This document shows, piece after piece, positions 37,515 through 47,471 of a stretch of DNA of 64,000 nucleotides. Source of the DNA: an uncultured Gammaproteobacteria bacterium (GTDB lineage Bacteria > Patescibacteriota > Microgenomatia > UBA10105 > UBA927); contig CAYUUX010000003.1 of the NCBI GenBank assembly GCA_964448085.1, positions 5,865 to 69,864 of the forward strand, read 5' to 3'. The translations under genes and the position numbers were made by a program. Under the pieces are notes generated by a model. That model was given only the letters and a program-made list of their open reading frames with translations, made no database searches and was not told the origin of the DNA. The first letter of the stretch is position 1, and every line of letters starts with the position of its first letter.

Positions 37515-38456
37515 TTATCCGCCTATTCCGTAGATGACCAAGAGTACGGAGCTTGCCCATAAGACAACAGTTGTTAATAGCGGGAGATCTGAGGTCAAAA
37601 CTTTTTCTGGAGACTCTCCTTTTCCTTCGTAAATCAACTGCATGTATCGCATAATGCCGTACAATACGAATGGGATCGTAATCATCATCCACTTCCTGTC
37701 AGAAATAGCAGTAAAATTTCCTATAGCCGAGTTGGTAAAAAGTATCCCTTTGTTCGCGGGTTTTTCCAAAAATGTGTAATATACATACGTGATGAATGTT
37801 GAATTCGCAAACATTGCAGTAAATGTATCAAGGAGTTTTTCGGAATAGTGCAACAGGCTATCACGCGTGTCTTTTGGAACAACCCCCTCATATCCTTGAA
37901 TAAGCGTGAGTTCCGCACGACGTTTTCCCGTTGCAAGAAAGAGTGCTAAAGAAAGAACTGCTAACGCAAGCCATATGGAGATGTGATACCCCGTCGCTGC
38001 CTCTCCAGCGTAGACACGTATGAAATACGCAGTCGTTATTGCAAGAATATCAATGATGCTGATATGTTTCAAAATGAGCGAGTAGCTATATTGAAGAAGC
38101 ACAAAGCCAATGGCAAGGAGTAAGAATGTCGTTCCGACGGACGCAGCGATACCAATGCCAATGATAAAAAGAAGCGCTGATGATAAAAGCGCAACGTGCG
38201 TTGATATTTTTCCGCTTGCAACAGGACGGAATTTTTTAAACGGGTGCTTTCTGTCCTTTGGTGCGTCGAGCACATCATTGACGATATATCCTGATGAGGA
38301 AAGGCAGCAAAACGATAGAAAAGCCAAGAAAGTTGAGAAAAAATACTGCGATGTGAATAGGGTGCCCGTAAAGAGTATTGGGGTAAAAACAGCGAGATTT
38401 TTTAACCATTGTCTTGGTCGCGCGGTTTTGAAAATTGCGAAAAGAAGTTGACCCAT
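37515..38456 (-). CDS. UbiA-family prenyltransferase, decaprenyl-phosphate phosphoribosyltransferase-like
   Basis: ARPRQWLKN near the N-terminus and NDVLDAPKDRKHPFKKFRPVASGKIS (the UbiA NDxxDxxxD plus Arg/Pro motif typical of DPPR-synthase-like enzymes). ~9 TM helices. Confidence 0.7.
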   Translation of the reverse strand: MGQLLFAIFKTARPRQWLKNLAVFTPILFTGTLFTSQYFFSTFLAFLSFCCLSSSGYIVNDVLDAPKDRKHPFKKFRPVASGKISTHVALLSSALLFIIGIGIAASVGTTFLLLAIGFVLLQYSYSLILKHISIIDILAITTAYFIRVYAGEAATGYHISIWLALAVLSLALFLATGKRRAELTLIQGYEGVVPKDTRDSLLHYSEKLLDTFTAMFANSTFITYVYYTFLEKPANKGILFTNSAIGNFTAISDRKWMMITIPFVLYGIMRYMQLIYEGKGESPEKVLTSDLPLLTTVVLWASSVLLVIYGIGG

Positions 38457-39505
38457 AGAAAAAATCCTCCGATGCCAACAGCAATTAAGAATAATGTGAA
38501 TATTTTTTGTCTGCTATTAACCGTTAATGCAATTGCACCCAGTATAGCCGAGAGCATCCAGTAAAACAAGGCAATTCTTCGTTTGCCCCAACCAGCTTTC
38601 AGAAGGACATGATGGAGATGTTTTTTGTCTGCCCAGACAGGTGACCCTCCTTTAACTATTCTTCTGATAAGCGTGTACACAGCATCCACGGTTGGAATTC
38701 CGAGCACGAGCAGGGCAGTACCAAGTTTTCCGTAAGACAAAATCGCAAGGATTCCAAGGAGGAAACCGGCGAGTGTTTTACCACTATATCCCGGCATAAT
38801 CTTTTGTGGGTAGAAATTCCACGGAAGAAAACCTGCATATGCACCGGATACGATAAATGACAATATGGTGATTGGGAGCTGTGAAGCGTCGTGTATGCTA
38901 TAGCGAAGAGACAATATGCCGATGATGGCGGCGCTTATGGAAACAAATCCCGGCATTTGACCCTCAACGCCAGCGGACCAACCAACGATATTTGTGGTCC
39001 ACATTAACCATAGAAAGGCGACGAGCGCCGACCATACAAGGAGGGAGTGTGTTCCAAACAGATTGATGGGTATGCGCCAGGAATCAAGGTGTAAAACACC
39101 GCCGCTCAGCGGATTTGTGATGTATGGTATCCCTGCCCCAGCACAAACTGCAATACCTATTGCTAACGTATTCGTGACGATACGAATATACGGACTGATA
39201 TCTTTCACATCATCTAAGAGGCCGACGGTGGTAAAAATCAGGCAAGAAATGAGCAAGCCGATAAATAATTTATTTATCGGCAACAGCAGGAGAGCAACTG
39301 CTGTGATGCCAATAAACAACGCCAGACCTCCCGCTCGTGGAATGACTCCCGTATGTGTGTGCGCAGGATGCAGTCTTTTTTTGGGATCATCTACTAGGCC
39401 AAATTTTTTTGCTATGCGTATCACGAGGGGCGTAATGGCTGTCGTGACTAAAAAGGAAAGAAGAAAAGGGATAAGAATGGCCAATGTCCACATAGAGAGA
39501 TTCAT
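38402..39505 (-). CDS. MraY/WecA-family polyprenyl-phosphate sugar-1-phosphate transferase
   Basis: Polytopic protein with the DD motif (LGLLDDVKDIS). The WecA/MraY-like cytoplasmic loop pattern places it in Glycos_transf_4. The start is set at MNLSMW (4-nt overlap with the upstream gene). Confidence 0.65.
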   Translation of the reverse strand: MNLSMWTLAILIPFLLSFLVTTAITPLVIRIAKKFGLVDDPKKRLHPAHTHTGVIPRAGGLALFIGITAVALLLLPINKLFIGLLISCLIFTTVGLLDDVKDISPYIRIVTNTLAIGIAVCAGAGIPYITNPLSGGVLHLDSWRIPINLFGTHSLLVWSALVAFLWLMWTTNIVGWSAGVEGQMPGFVSISAAIIGILSLRYSIHDASQLPITILSFIVSGAYAGFLPWNFYPQKIMPGYSGKTLAGFLLGILAILSYGKLGTALLVLGIPTVDAVYTLIRRIVKGGSPVWADKKHLHHVLLKAGWGKRRIALFYWMLSAILGAIALTVNSRQKIFTLFLIAVGIGGFFLWVNFFSQFSKPRDQDNG

Positions 39506-39900
39506 GTAATAATCAAAATTATTTTGATCAACGTAATTAAAGACATAACACTTATCACAAAGGAACCAATTGAAAGAATTTGTGAGAACACAAGATACTC
39601 TGCAATAAGTGATGCAGAGAGAAGACTGTTGATTGTGTTCCAAAGAAGAGAAGAGAGTGGTAGTATAAATAACCAATAGGGTGAGGTAAGTCTGTCAAGT
39701 CCCCAAGGCCTTGAATACCATAGTGGGACAACAGGTGGAAATGAATGAAAGGAAACAAGAATCAAGATTATTCCAATAAACGATGAGAATATCGCTCCAT
39801 ACATGGTCCAACGGATGATTGTGTTTTGTCTTAATCGTTGAGACGATTCAGCAACCATAGTAAAAAATTGGCGCATGGATGATAATGTAAAAACGCTCAT
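39502..39900 (-). CDS. Small integral membrane protein (3-4 TM)
   Basis: Hydrophobic 132-aa ORF translationally coupled (ATGA overlap) to the WecA-like gene. Confidence 0.3.
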   Translation of the reverse strand: MSVFTLSSMRQFFTMVAESSQRLRQNTIIRWTMYGAIFSSFIGIILILVSFHSFPPVVPLWYSRPWGLDRLTSPYWLFILPLSSLLWNTINSLLSASLIAEYLVFSQILSIGSFVISVMSLITLIKIILIIT

Positions 39901-39901
39901 A

Positions 39902-41239
39902 TTATTTTGCTTGCGATTGATGATTTATGAGTGGAAGGTCATACGCAATCGAATAGGTTTGATCTTCATGGAGGACAAAAGCGCGTGTTGGATAAGATGG
40001 ATATGTTGTTCTCATAAAGTTCGGTTCTACAATTGCATCTCCTACATACCATGGAAAAGCTCCGTTTGCAGGATTGAACAAAAAGACTCTGGTGGGATTT
40101 TGTGCGTAGTATTTTGCTTCAAATAGTACCAGAGGGCTCTCAACATAGATAACATCGTTTGGACCAATCAGAGAATTAATTTCTTTCATGGGTGTACGGT
40201 AATCGGATTTCATGTGTTGCTGGGGATACCATATGTTCATAAGGATGTTAAACAGAAGAAGAATCCCCACGAGGACAATTTGGATGATTTTTTGTCGTAG
40301 CGACGCGAGTGCAAACCCGATCGAAAACACTTCTGCGATGGTAACTGCTGTGAGATACCGATTAACATAAATTGGTTCAAAGAAGGAAAATCCAATAACA
40401 ATGCTAAGCGGAAGAAAAATAAGCAGAACAAAAAAACCAGACTTTATCCTCTGTGATTTTGGGATAAGCGATATGGCAAAAATCAAAAGAAGAAACAAGG
40501 AAAGATAGTGTGTGTAGCCCCATCCGTACCACGGAGTGCCCTCATAGCCAACATACAGGTTTCCCAAAACAGATTTGATAAGGTGCCAATCGACAGGAAA
40601 GTACCAACTGGTTTGAAATTTAGGAACGCTGGTGGCTATCCATATAAGCCACGGGAGAACGAAAAGTCCAATTGTAAGAAGACTTCGTATAAATTGATCT
40701 TTTATGAGAAAGGGAACCGAGAGAATCTTTTTGCGGTGCACAAGAATGTAATGGATGGCACACACAAAAGGAACAATAGCAACATATTCATGGGTATAGA
40801 ATCCCAAAATAGAGAAAACACTAAACCAAAGCCACCGGGCATTTAGATAACTTGCTACAATTCCCATTGTAAAGAACATGTACCAGCCATACGCGCGTGC
40901 CTCAAATGCATAATATAAAAGCATTGGGTTAAGGAAGAAAAGTATGGGTACTATTCTTTGAATCCACATTTTTTTGAACAACTGTTCTGAAAGACGGACA
41001 ACAATGACAAGGGCGAGCGCAAATCCGAGAAGTGAAAATGAGCGAACGGCAATTTCCCCTTGTCCGAATATTTTCATCCAATAATGAAGGAGTATGTAAT
41101 AGAAGGGTGGATCAAATGATGATTTGGTTATAATAAACGGGATGGATTTTGCCGCAAAAAATACGGAAAAAACTTCATCACGCCATAAAGGTTGTAATAA
41201 ATAGAGGAGTGGAGAGTGTAGCAATATGTTGTTGAACAT
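39902..41239 (-). CDS. GT-C-fold membrane glycosyltransferase (ArnT/PMT/GT39-GT83-like)
   Basis: ~12 TM helices, an N-terminal DE-containing first loop, and the polytopic architecture typical of polyprenyl-phosphate-sugar-dependent GT-C enzymes. Confidence 0.5.
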   Translation of the reverse strand: MFNNILLHSPLLYLLQPLWRDEVFSVFFAAKSIPFIITKSSFDPPFYYILLHYWMKIFGQGEIAVRSFSLLGFALALVIVVRLSEQLFKKMWIQRIVPILFFLNPMLLYYAFEARAYGWYMFFTMGIVASYLNARWLWFSVFSILGFYTHEYVAIVPFVCAIHYILVHRKKILSVPFLIKDQFIRSLLTIGLFVLPWLIWIATSVPKFQTSWYFPVDWHLIKSVLGNLYVGYEGTPWYGWGYTHYLSLFLLLIFAISLIPKSQRIKSGFFVLLIFLPLSIVIGFSFFEPIYVNRYLTAVTIAEVFSIGFALASLRQKIIQIVLVGILLLFNILMNIWYPQQHMKSDYRTPMKEINSLIGPNDVIYVESPLVLFEAKYYAQNPTRVFLFNPANGAFPWYVGDAIVEPNFMRTTYPSYPTRAFVLHEDQTYSIAYDLPLINHQSQAK

Positions 41240-41249
41240 AGCCTCCGTA

Positions 41250-42728
41250 TTATACCTTTTCTGTTACCCTGTATTCCAATCGTTTGCCAAGCATTAATCG
41301 GGTGTGCGCGTCTAATCCTGGAAGAGCGGATAGGAAAAAGGAAATTATCGGAATGGTAAACCATTGCAGATATAAAAAGGGGAGTTTCCATGCGGCGTAT
41401 TCCTTTGGTTTAGGCGGTCGAATGCGCCAATCGATGACAAAAACTATCACAAGAAATATTGTGGAAAGCGTGAGAATGCTCGAAGAAATTTGCGCAAGAT
41501 TGTGTCCAAGAACCGTGCGGCCGAACGCCGGATTCACAAGTGGAGGAATAGTGCTGCCAATCGTTAAGAGAAACCAATTGGCCGGCCAAAAAATATGATG
41601 CTCCAATATAGAAATAACCCGTCGAAGACGGTCCCGCAAGGGGATTTCTGAATGAAGAAAGGCGTTTCTGATTACAAAAGGAATGTCAGACACTCCCCAA
41701 GCCCAACGCTTTGACTGCTCATATTGATTGATTGCGGTGCGGAAAAAACCGTGGCTTTCCGCAGCATCCACTAAAACCGGCAAGAATAGCCCCTCCGTTT
41801 TTACCAATTTTCCTTTTGCAAAATATACCTTGAAAAAAAGATGATAATCTTCAGGAATAACGTCCACATCCCAATACCCAACGTCAATGATGGTTGAGAG
41901 TGAGATGGAATACGTGGAAAAATTAATAAAACGGGAAGTTTGAGAAAGAAGGGATAAATTCCAAATACTGTTTATGGTATTAAATAACCTATTCGGCATC
42001 GGTATACGCCAAATATTTGAATAAAAAAGAATTGCCCCCTGATAAAAGTGATACATGCGAGATGAATCAGTGAGAAACCGATAGGTAAGACAAGAGTAGT
42101 ATTTTGGGTGAAGAAGTGCATCAGCGTCACACGACGTTACTGTTGAAAAGTCTGTTTCAATCGAGTTTTTCAATTGTTGGACAACCTGCTTTGCAGCCCA
42201 TGCCATGTTGGATGATTTTCCTGCGACTTCATTCGGTAAGACCGGATGTTCTGTAACAAGAAAAGCGCCGAATTTCCCTCCGTATTCTTTACGAAGTATG
42301 GTGCTTGTATTTTGCGCATCCGGATCCTTTTTTTCCGTCGCAAGCACGACAATCAACCGTTTTTTGGGAAAATCCTGTAGAACAAGATTGTCCAACGTTC
42401 TGCGAAGTATATGAAGCGGTTCTTTGTATTCGGGTATGATTACGATATGTCGTACGCGATCGAAATCTGGAAGCGATTGCGCTCGCGAAAGCCAATCTAC
42501 TTTAATATGTGCCTGCATTGTTAAATAGGATCGAACTGCGGAATATCCGAGTGTGAAGGATTTATAAAACCAATAAATATCGAAAGTGATAATAATATAT
42601 GCAACCAGAGCGGGATGCCAAAAAGAAAGCCATAAAGGCATTGTGATAAGTACCCACGAGGTAAGGGGAATGGAAATTTCCAAAAACCTTTGTGTTTTAT
42701 TTGGGTAGAGAAGAAATAATCGGCGCAT
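41250..42728 (-). CDS. Processive family-2 glycosyltransferase (cellulose/chitin-synthase-like, QxxRW)
   Basis: Central GT2 domain with D, DxD (CDADALL) and QSKRWAWG (QxxRW), flanked by N- and C-terminal TM helices. Confidence 0.6.
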   Translation of the reverse strand: MRRLFLLYPNKTQRFLEISIPLTSWVLITMPLWLSFWHPALVAYIIITFDIYWFYKSFTLGYSAVRSYLTMQAHIKVDWLSRAQSLPDFDRVRHIVIIPEYKEPLHILRRTLDNLVLQDFPKKRLIVVLATEKKDPDAQNTSTILRKEYGGKFGAFLVTEHPVLPNEVAGKSSNMAWAAKQVVQQLKNSIETDFSTVTSCDADALLHPKYYSCLTYRFLTDSSRMYHFYQGAILFYSNIWRIPMPNRLFNTINSIWNLSLLSQTSRFINFSTYSISLSTIIDVGYWDVDVIPEDYHLFFKVYFAKGKLVKTEGLFLPVLVDAAESHGFFRTAINQYEQSKRWAWGVSDIPFVIRNAFLHSEIPLRDRLRRVISILEHHIFWPANWFLLTIGSTIPPLVNPAFGRTVLGHNLAQISSSILTLSTIFLVIVFVIDWRIRPPKPKEYAAWKLPFLYLQWFTIPIISFFLSALPGLDAHTRLMLGKRLEYRVTEKV

Positions 42729-42764
42729 ACGAACAATCCATAGTATTGTATCACGAGGAAGGGG

Positions 42765-43460
42765 TTAACGCACTTCGGGGAACCCTATCGTGTCAGCCTT
42801 GCGGAATATAAAATAAAGCACAAAAACCTTAAAAACTCGAAGAAAAAGTCCTTTTTCAAAACCTCGTCTTCCCGATGCGCTGACATATTCTTTTTGTGTG
42901 AAGAGTATTTTGCCGGCGGTCATGAGGCGGCGCGCAATTTCAATGTCTTCCGCCATGCGAAAATGGGTCGGAATACCTCCAACTGCAAGGGCGGTTTTTT
43001 TAAAAAAAGCCATGTTTTGGCCAGTTGCCATTGGCATGCGAAACAAGAAAAACAGAACACTATTCAGAATGGGTTGTACTACGTTTATATAAAAACGATA
43101 GAAGGGGGGGCCATCAAAGACGCGAAAACCGCCAAAATACCCAACAACACCAGGTTTTGATAATGCGGTATCAATCCTGTTGAGCCAGTCGTGAGGTAAC
43201 AGCGCGTCTGCATCGGTAAACGCGACGACATCACTTTTTGCAGCCTCGATGCCTTTTTGTCGGGAGAAACCGATGGTTCCTTTGGGTACCGTTAATACAA
43301 CAGCGCCGGCTTGGCGCGCAATACGAACAGTGTCGTCAGTTGATGACGCGTCAACAACGATGATCTCATCCGGTTTTTTGTCGAGCTTGTTAAGCGTCGC
43401 TAACGTCTTCGGAAGAAGCTTTTCTTCATTGAGTGCGGGAATAACAACAGAAATTTTCAT
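42765..43460 (-). CDS. Family-2 glycosyltransferase (Dpm1/GtrB-like polyprenyl-phosphate glycosyltransferase)
   Basis: ISVVIPALNEE...VVDASSTDDT...FTDAD, the classic GT2 N-terminal motifs. 231 aa. Confidence 0.75.
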   Translation of the reverse strand: MKISVVIPALNEEKLLPKTLATLNKLDKKPDEIIVVDASSTDDTVRIARQAGAVVLTVPKGTIGFSRQKGIEAAKSDVVAFTDADALLPHDWLNRIDTALSKPGVVGYFGGFRVFDGPPFYRFYINVVQPILNSVLFFLFRMPMATGQNMAFFKKTALAVGGIPTHFRMAEDIEIARRLMTAGKILFTQKEYVSASGRRGFEKGLFLRVFKVFVLYFIFRKADTIGFPEVR

Positions 43461-43515
43461 AATAAGTTTATGCTATCAGAAAATTGTATAGTTTGTCATT
43501 ATAAACTATACTAGG

Positions 43516-44787
43516 ATGGTAAATATGCCGATAGAACAACAAATACCAACAGTTATGAAGATTCAAGGCGAACGCTTTGGTACTGAGGGTATGTTCACGA
43601 CGATAAAACACGTAATCGGTGTTCAGACGGAACAAGTTGGGAAGGTAGACTATTCTGTAAACATAATTCGTCGAGAACATAATCCCCATTTAGGAAAAGA
43701 ACAAAATCAAGGTGAGAAAAAGCAAATACTGTTAATGTCGGGACTTGATACATCTGGTACGGATTGGCTTCGAATGGCAGAACAATTGATGTTGGATATG
43801 CCAAACGTTGAACAACTAACGCTTCTTGATCACCCTTCACATTCTGGAGTCCGTCATGAACGAACAAATGTCGCACTTAATACAAATTCATTTGAAAACT
43901 CTGCAAAGGTAGTATCAAAAGCAATGGAAACGTTACTTGAACGAGGAGAGATAAAGAAAGGACAGACAGCGATAGGTATATCAACTGGGTGTGCTGTAAT
44001 TGAAGAGGTTGTTGCAATGAATCCGAAAATGATTGACAGACTTGTTTTGTGTGCACCAGCAAGTATGCTTGATAGAACTGAAGAAAAAATGGTAAAAGGT
44101 GGGGCGCATGGAGGAATGGAATATTTAAAACAGTTTTTTAGTGATCTTTTTAGAAAAATTCCTGATAAATATTTAAAACCTAAAGCAGAACGAGCACAAG
44201 CTGCACCAGTTGCTATTGTAATTTCTATTCCAAAAGCATCAGATGCTATACCCGCTGAAGACCTAAAAAACATTCGTTTTAAAAATTTTATTTTTGAAAC
44301 AGCTTTTTCTATAGGAAGAAAATTCCCTCGTTTTTGGCAACACTTTACTGGTATGTGGGGTGACGGGAATCCACACGTTCCTATCATAAAAGCAGATTAT
44401 AAAAAAGATCTTGCGCTTGTTTCAAAAAATACAACAGAAAAAGCAAGAGAAAAAATATCAGGAAAAAAGGTTGTTGTTGTATTAGGTATGGATGATCACG
44501 CTGTTCCACCTGAAGAATTTTTGTTGAAAGAGGATAAGACACATCTTGAAACAATCACTGATCAAAATGAAAAATCGGAAAAAACAATTGACACAATTAT
44601 TTCTAGAGTAAAAGGAAAGTTTAAAAATAACGCAGATACAACTGTTGTGTTAGCTGTCGGGGGGCCTGATACACACGTTGGGTTAAAGACAAATACAGAG
44701 CTGTTCGGACCAGTTATCGCAAATATATTAAAGCCAATTGTGCCAGAAAAATCATGGACAAGAGAGTCAGGATGGCAAAAACCGTAA
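43516..44787 (+). CDS. Alpha/beta-hydrolase-like protein (low-GC gene)
   Basis: GISTG nucleophile elbow and a downstream DDH segment. The local GC is visibly lower than in flanking genes. Confidence 0.4.
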   Translation: MVNMPIEQQIPTVMKIQGERFGTEGMFTTIKHVIGVQTEQVGKVDYSVNIIRREHNPHLGKEQNQGEKKQILLMSGLDTSGTDWLRMAEQLMLDMPNVEQLTLLDHPSHSGVRHERTNVALNTNSFENSAKVVSKAMETLLERGEIKKGQTAIGISTGCAVIEEVVAMNPKMIDRLVLCAPASMLDRTEEKMVKGGAHGGMEYLKQFFSDLFRKIPDKYLKPKAERAQAAPVAIVISIPKASDAIPAEDLKNIRFKNFIFETAFSIGRKFPRFWQHFTGMWGDGNPHVPIIKADYKKDLALVSKNTTEKAREKISGKKVVVVLGMDDHAVPPEEFLLKEDKTHLETITDQNEKSEKTIDTIISRVKGKFKNNADTTVVLAVGGPDTHVGLKTNTELFGPVIANILKPIVPEKSWTRESGWQKP

Positions 44788-44792
44788 AGGAT

Positions 44793-45584
44793 TTACGTAG
44801 TAAGATGAAATAGTTGTTCCGCGTTTTTAGTTGTTTGTTCTTCAACTTCTTTTTGATTTTTTCCCTGAAGCTCTGCTATTTTATGTGCAATGAGCGGAAC
44901 ATATTTTGGCTCTGATCGTTCTCCTCGGTGTCCTTCTGGTGGGAGGTATGGAGAGTCTGTTTCAAGAAGGAGTCGATATAAGGGGATAGATGGAATGATC
45001 ATGGCAAGTTGTTTGGAATAGGTTGCATTTCCGTCCAGTCCTATATAAAAACCGCGATCAACAATGTTTCTTATATCTTCTATCCCACCGCTAAAACAAT
45101 GAAACACTCCGCGTGGCATGGTAGGCAATTGATCAAGAACAGTAAATATATCTGAAAATGCATCGCGGCTATGGATTATTACCGGAAGGTCGCGTTTAAT
45201 CGCGATGCGAAGTTGTATGTCAAATAATTGTTTCTGATCCTCCTTTTTTCCGGTTGCAGAAAATCCTTTGTATTGGTGATAATCAAGACCACATTCGCCA
45301 ACTGCAACTGTATGATGAGAAATTACTCTTTCGATATCTTGTGAAGAAAAATGCTGTTCCGCGTTATATGGGTGGATGCCGACTGCTGCATAAATTGTGT
45401 TTGGATGACAAGAGGCAAGATCGGCAGCACTGATCGATGTTTTTATATCATCACCGGGATTGATAAATTTTTTAACCCCCGCCTTTTTTGCGTTCCCTAT
45501 GACCATGGAACGGTCAACATCAAAATCGCTGAAATTGAGATGACAATGGGTATCAATATACATAGGTTTTTTGATAAGTACCAA
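44793..45584 (-). CDS. tatD: TatD-family metal-dependent nuclease
   Basis: MYIDTHCHLNFSDF N-terminus and conserved His/Glu/Asp positions for a TIM-barrel hydrolase. Confidence 0.8.
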   Translation of the reverse strand: MVLIKKPMYIDTHCHLNFSDFDVDRSMVIGNAKKAGVKKFINPGDDIKTSISAADLASCHPNTIYAAVGIHPYNAEQHFSSQDIERVISHHTVAVGECGLDYHQYKGFSATGKKEDQKQLFDIQLRIAIKRDLPVIIHSRDAFSDIFTVLDQLPTMPRGVFHCFSGGIEDIRNIVDRGFYIGLDGNATYSKQLAMIIPSIPLYRLLLETDSPYLPPEGHRGERSEPKYVPLIAHKIAELQGKNQKEVEEQTTKNAEQLFHLTT

Positions 45585-45619
45585 TAATAACAGTAAGCGT
45601 CTAGAAACTCCAACCGCGC

Positions 45620-47047
45620 TTAAAGTATCCGGGGAAACATCGGCGCTTGTGGAGTTATCGTCGGACCTTTAAATTGGGTAAGGATATGCTCTGCTGTTAT
45701 TGGGAGGAACGGTTGTAACAACACTGCGATGGTAAGAATCTGCTGAATCATATTTTGTAAAATAGTCACGCGCTTTTCTGGAGGATACTTCCATGGTTTC
45801 TCATCATTTAGCGTTTTATCACAAAGTTTTATGCGTTCCCATATGAGCGCAAGAGCGTCATGGAGCCTATATTCCTCAATAGCGTTTTTATAGGAGCCTT
45901 CGTATACATCCTGATAGCTTGGGATGTTGGGTGTGTAAGAGACTGTATCCGAAAGTTTGGCAACGCGTGAGAGAAGGTTACCGAGTCCGTTTGCAAGATC
46001 TGCGTTATACAGTTCTTTCAGTCGACGTTCTGAGAAATCCCCATCCGCATATGTTGGGAGCTCTCGAAGAAAATAATATCGGAGGGTTTCAGAACCATAG
46101 GAAGAAATGAGCATTTCGGGATCGATGATGTTCCCAACGGTTTTACTCATTTTCTGTCCGTTGACAGTAAAGTATCCATGGACAAGGAGGGTTTTTGGAA
46201 TCGGTAATCCCGCCGACATAAGAAATGCAGGCCAATATATTGCATGAAAACGCGTAATACCTTTCCCGATCACATGGAGATCTGCAGGCCACCACTTTGA
46301 ATATGAGTCGGTATTCCATCCAAATCCAATGCCGGATTGATAGATATTAAGCGCGTCAAACCAAACGTACATGCGTTGTGACGGATCGTTGGGAACGGGG
46401 ACCCCCCATTGTTTTGCCCGCTGATTGCTTCTTGATATGCTTATGTCTTGAAGCGGTTGACGAAGGAAGGCAAGCATTTCATTTTTTCTCACTTCAGGAA
46501 CGATTTTGAGGGTCCCGGAATCGATTAAGTTGATCAATTTATCTTGATATGATGACAACCGGAAAAAATAATTTTCTTCTTTTACAAGGTCCAGTTTTTT
46601 CCCTGGGTGTTCGATACACTCCCCGTGTTCATCCAGCTCATCCTTCGTGTAATATTGTTCGCAGCCAATGCAGTAAAGCCCCTCATAGGATTTTTTGTAA
46701 ATATCATGTTGACAAAGACCCCAAAGTTTTTGGCTGGCTGGATAATGTTTTTGAGTGTCACTTCCTTTTTGGAATACGTCAAAAAGAACGTGAAGATGAT
46801 CAGCGAGCTTCTTGAAGAGTTGTGAATTCGTGTCAATAAACTGTTGTAATGGTACGCCGGCTTTTTCCGCTGCCTGTACATTTTTTAAGGCGTTCTCGTC
46901 ACCTCCGGACAAAAGACACGTGTCATGTCCAAGGAGCCTATGGATTCGGGCAATTGTATCCGCCTGGACAAATTCAAGCGCGTGACCGACATGTGGTGCG
47001 GCATTGACGTAGGGAATAGCTGTGGTGATATAAAACTTTTCCTTCAT
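45620..47047 (-). CDS. metG: Methionyl-tRNA synthetase (short form)
   Basis: FYITTAIPYVNAAPHVGHA (HIGH region) and KMSKTVGN (KMSKS). Confidence 0.85.
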   Translation of the reverse strand: MKEKFYITTAIPYVNAAPHVGHALEFVQADTIARIHRLLGHDTCLLSGGDENALKNVQAAEKAGVPLQQFIDTNSQLFKKLADHLHVLFDVFQKGSDTQKHYPASQKLWGLCQHDIYKKSYEGLYCIGCEQYYTKDELDEHGECIEHPGKKLDLVKEENYFFRLSSYQDKLINLIDSGTLKIVPEVRKNEMLAFLRQPLQDISISRSNQRAKQWGVPVPNDPSQRMYVWFDALNIYQSGIGFGWNTDSYSKWWPADLHVIGKGITRFHAIYWPAFLMSAGLPIPKTLLVHGYFTVNGQKMSKTVGNIIDPEMLISSYGSETLRYYFLRELPTYADGDFSERRLKELYNADLANGLGNLLSRVAKLSDTVSYTPNIPSYQDVYEGSYKNAIEEYRLHDALALIWERIKLCDKTLNDEKPWKYPPEKRVTILQNMIQQILTIAVLLQPFLPITAEHILTQFKGPTITPQAPMFPRIL

Positions 47048-47087
47048 GTTCTTGTATTATACAGCCTCTATTTGATGAAGACATTGG

Positions 47088-47471
47088 TTACATTTTTTTG
47101 GTTTGTTTCCACAAACGAACAAGAGAGATGGCACAGAAGAGAAGCAGTATGCCGTATATGGGGTGGCGTAAATTAAATGAACGGAGAAGAAAGTAGACGC
47201 AAAAGGACCCTGCAACGATAATTGCAAAACGTAGATTGGCAAAGAGAAAAAGGAGGAAAAAAAATAATGTTCCTGCGAGCAGGCCATAGAAAACAACATA
47301 CTGCCAGATTGAATCTGGGCCAATTGTGGTGATAAACCATGAAAATGCGGATAAAAGTACGATGCTAATAAGAAGGTGTGAAAAATTTCTTTGGTGAGAG
47401 AGAAACTGGTGCATAGTTCTATTGTACCGCTTGCATGTCGATGTTAGAATAACCCCACATGGAGATCTCAC
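47088..47471 (-). CDS. Small integral membrane protein
   Basis: Three hydrophobic helices. No domain recognised. Confidence 0.3.
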   Translation of the reverse strand: MRSPCGVILTSTCKRYNRTMHQFLSHQRNFSHLLISIVLLSAFSWFITTIGPDSIWQYVVFYGLLAGTLFFFLLFLFANLRFAIIVAGSFCVYFLLRSFNLRHPIYGILLLFCAISLVRLWKQTKKM

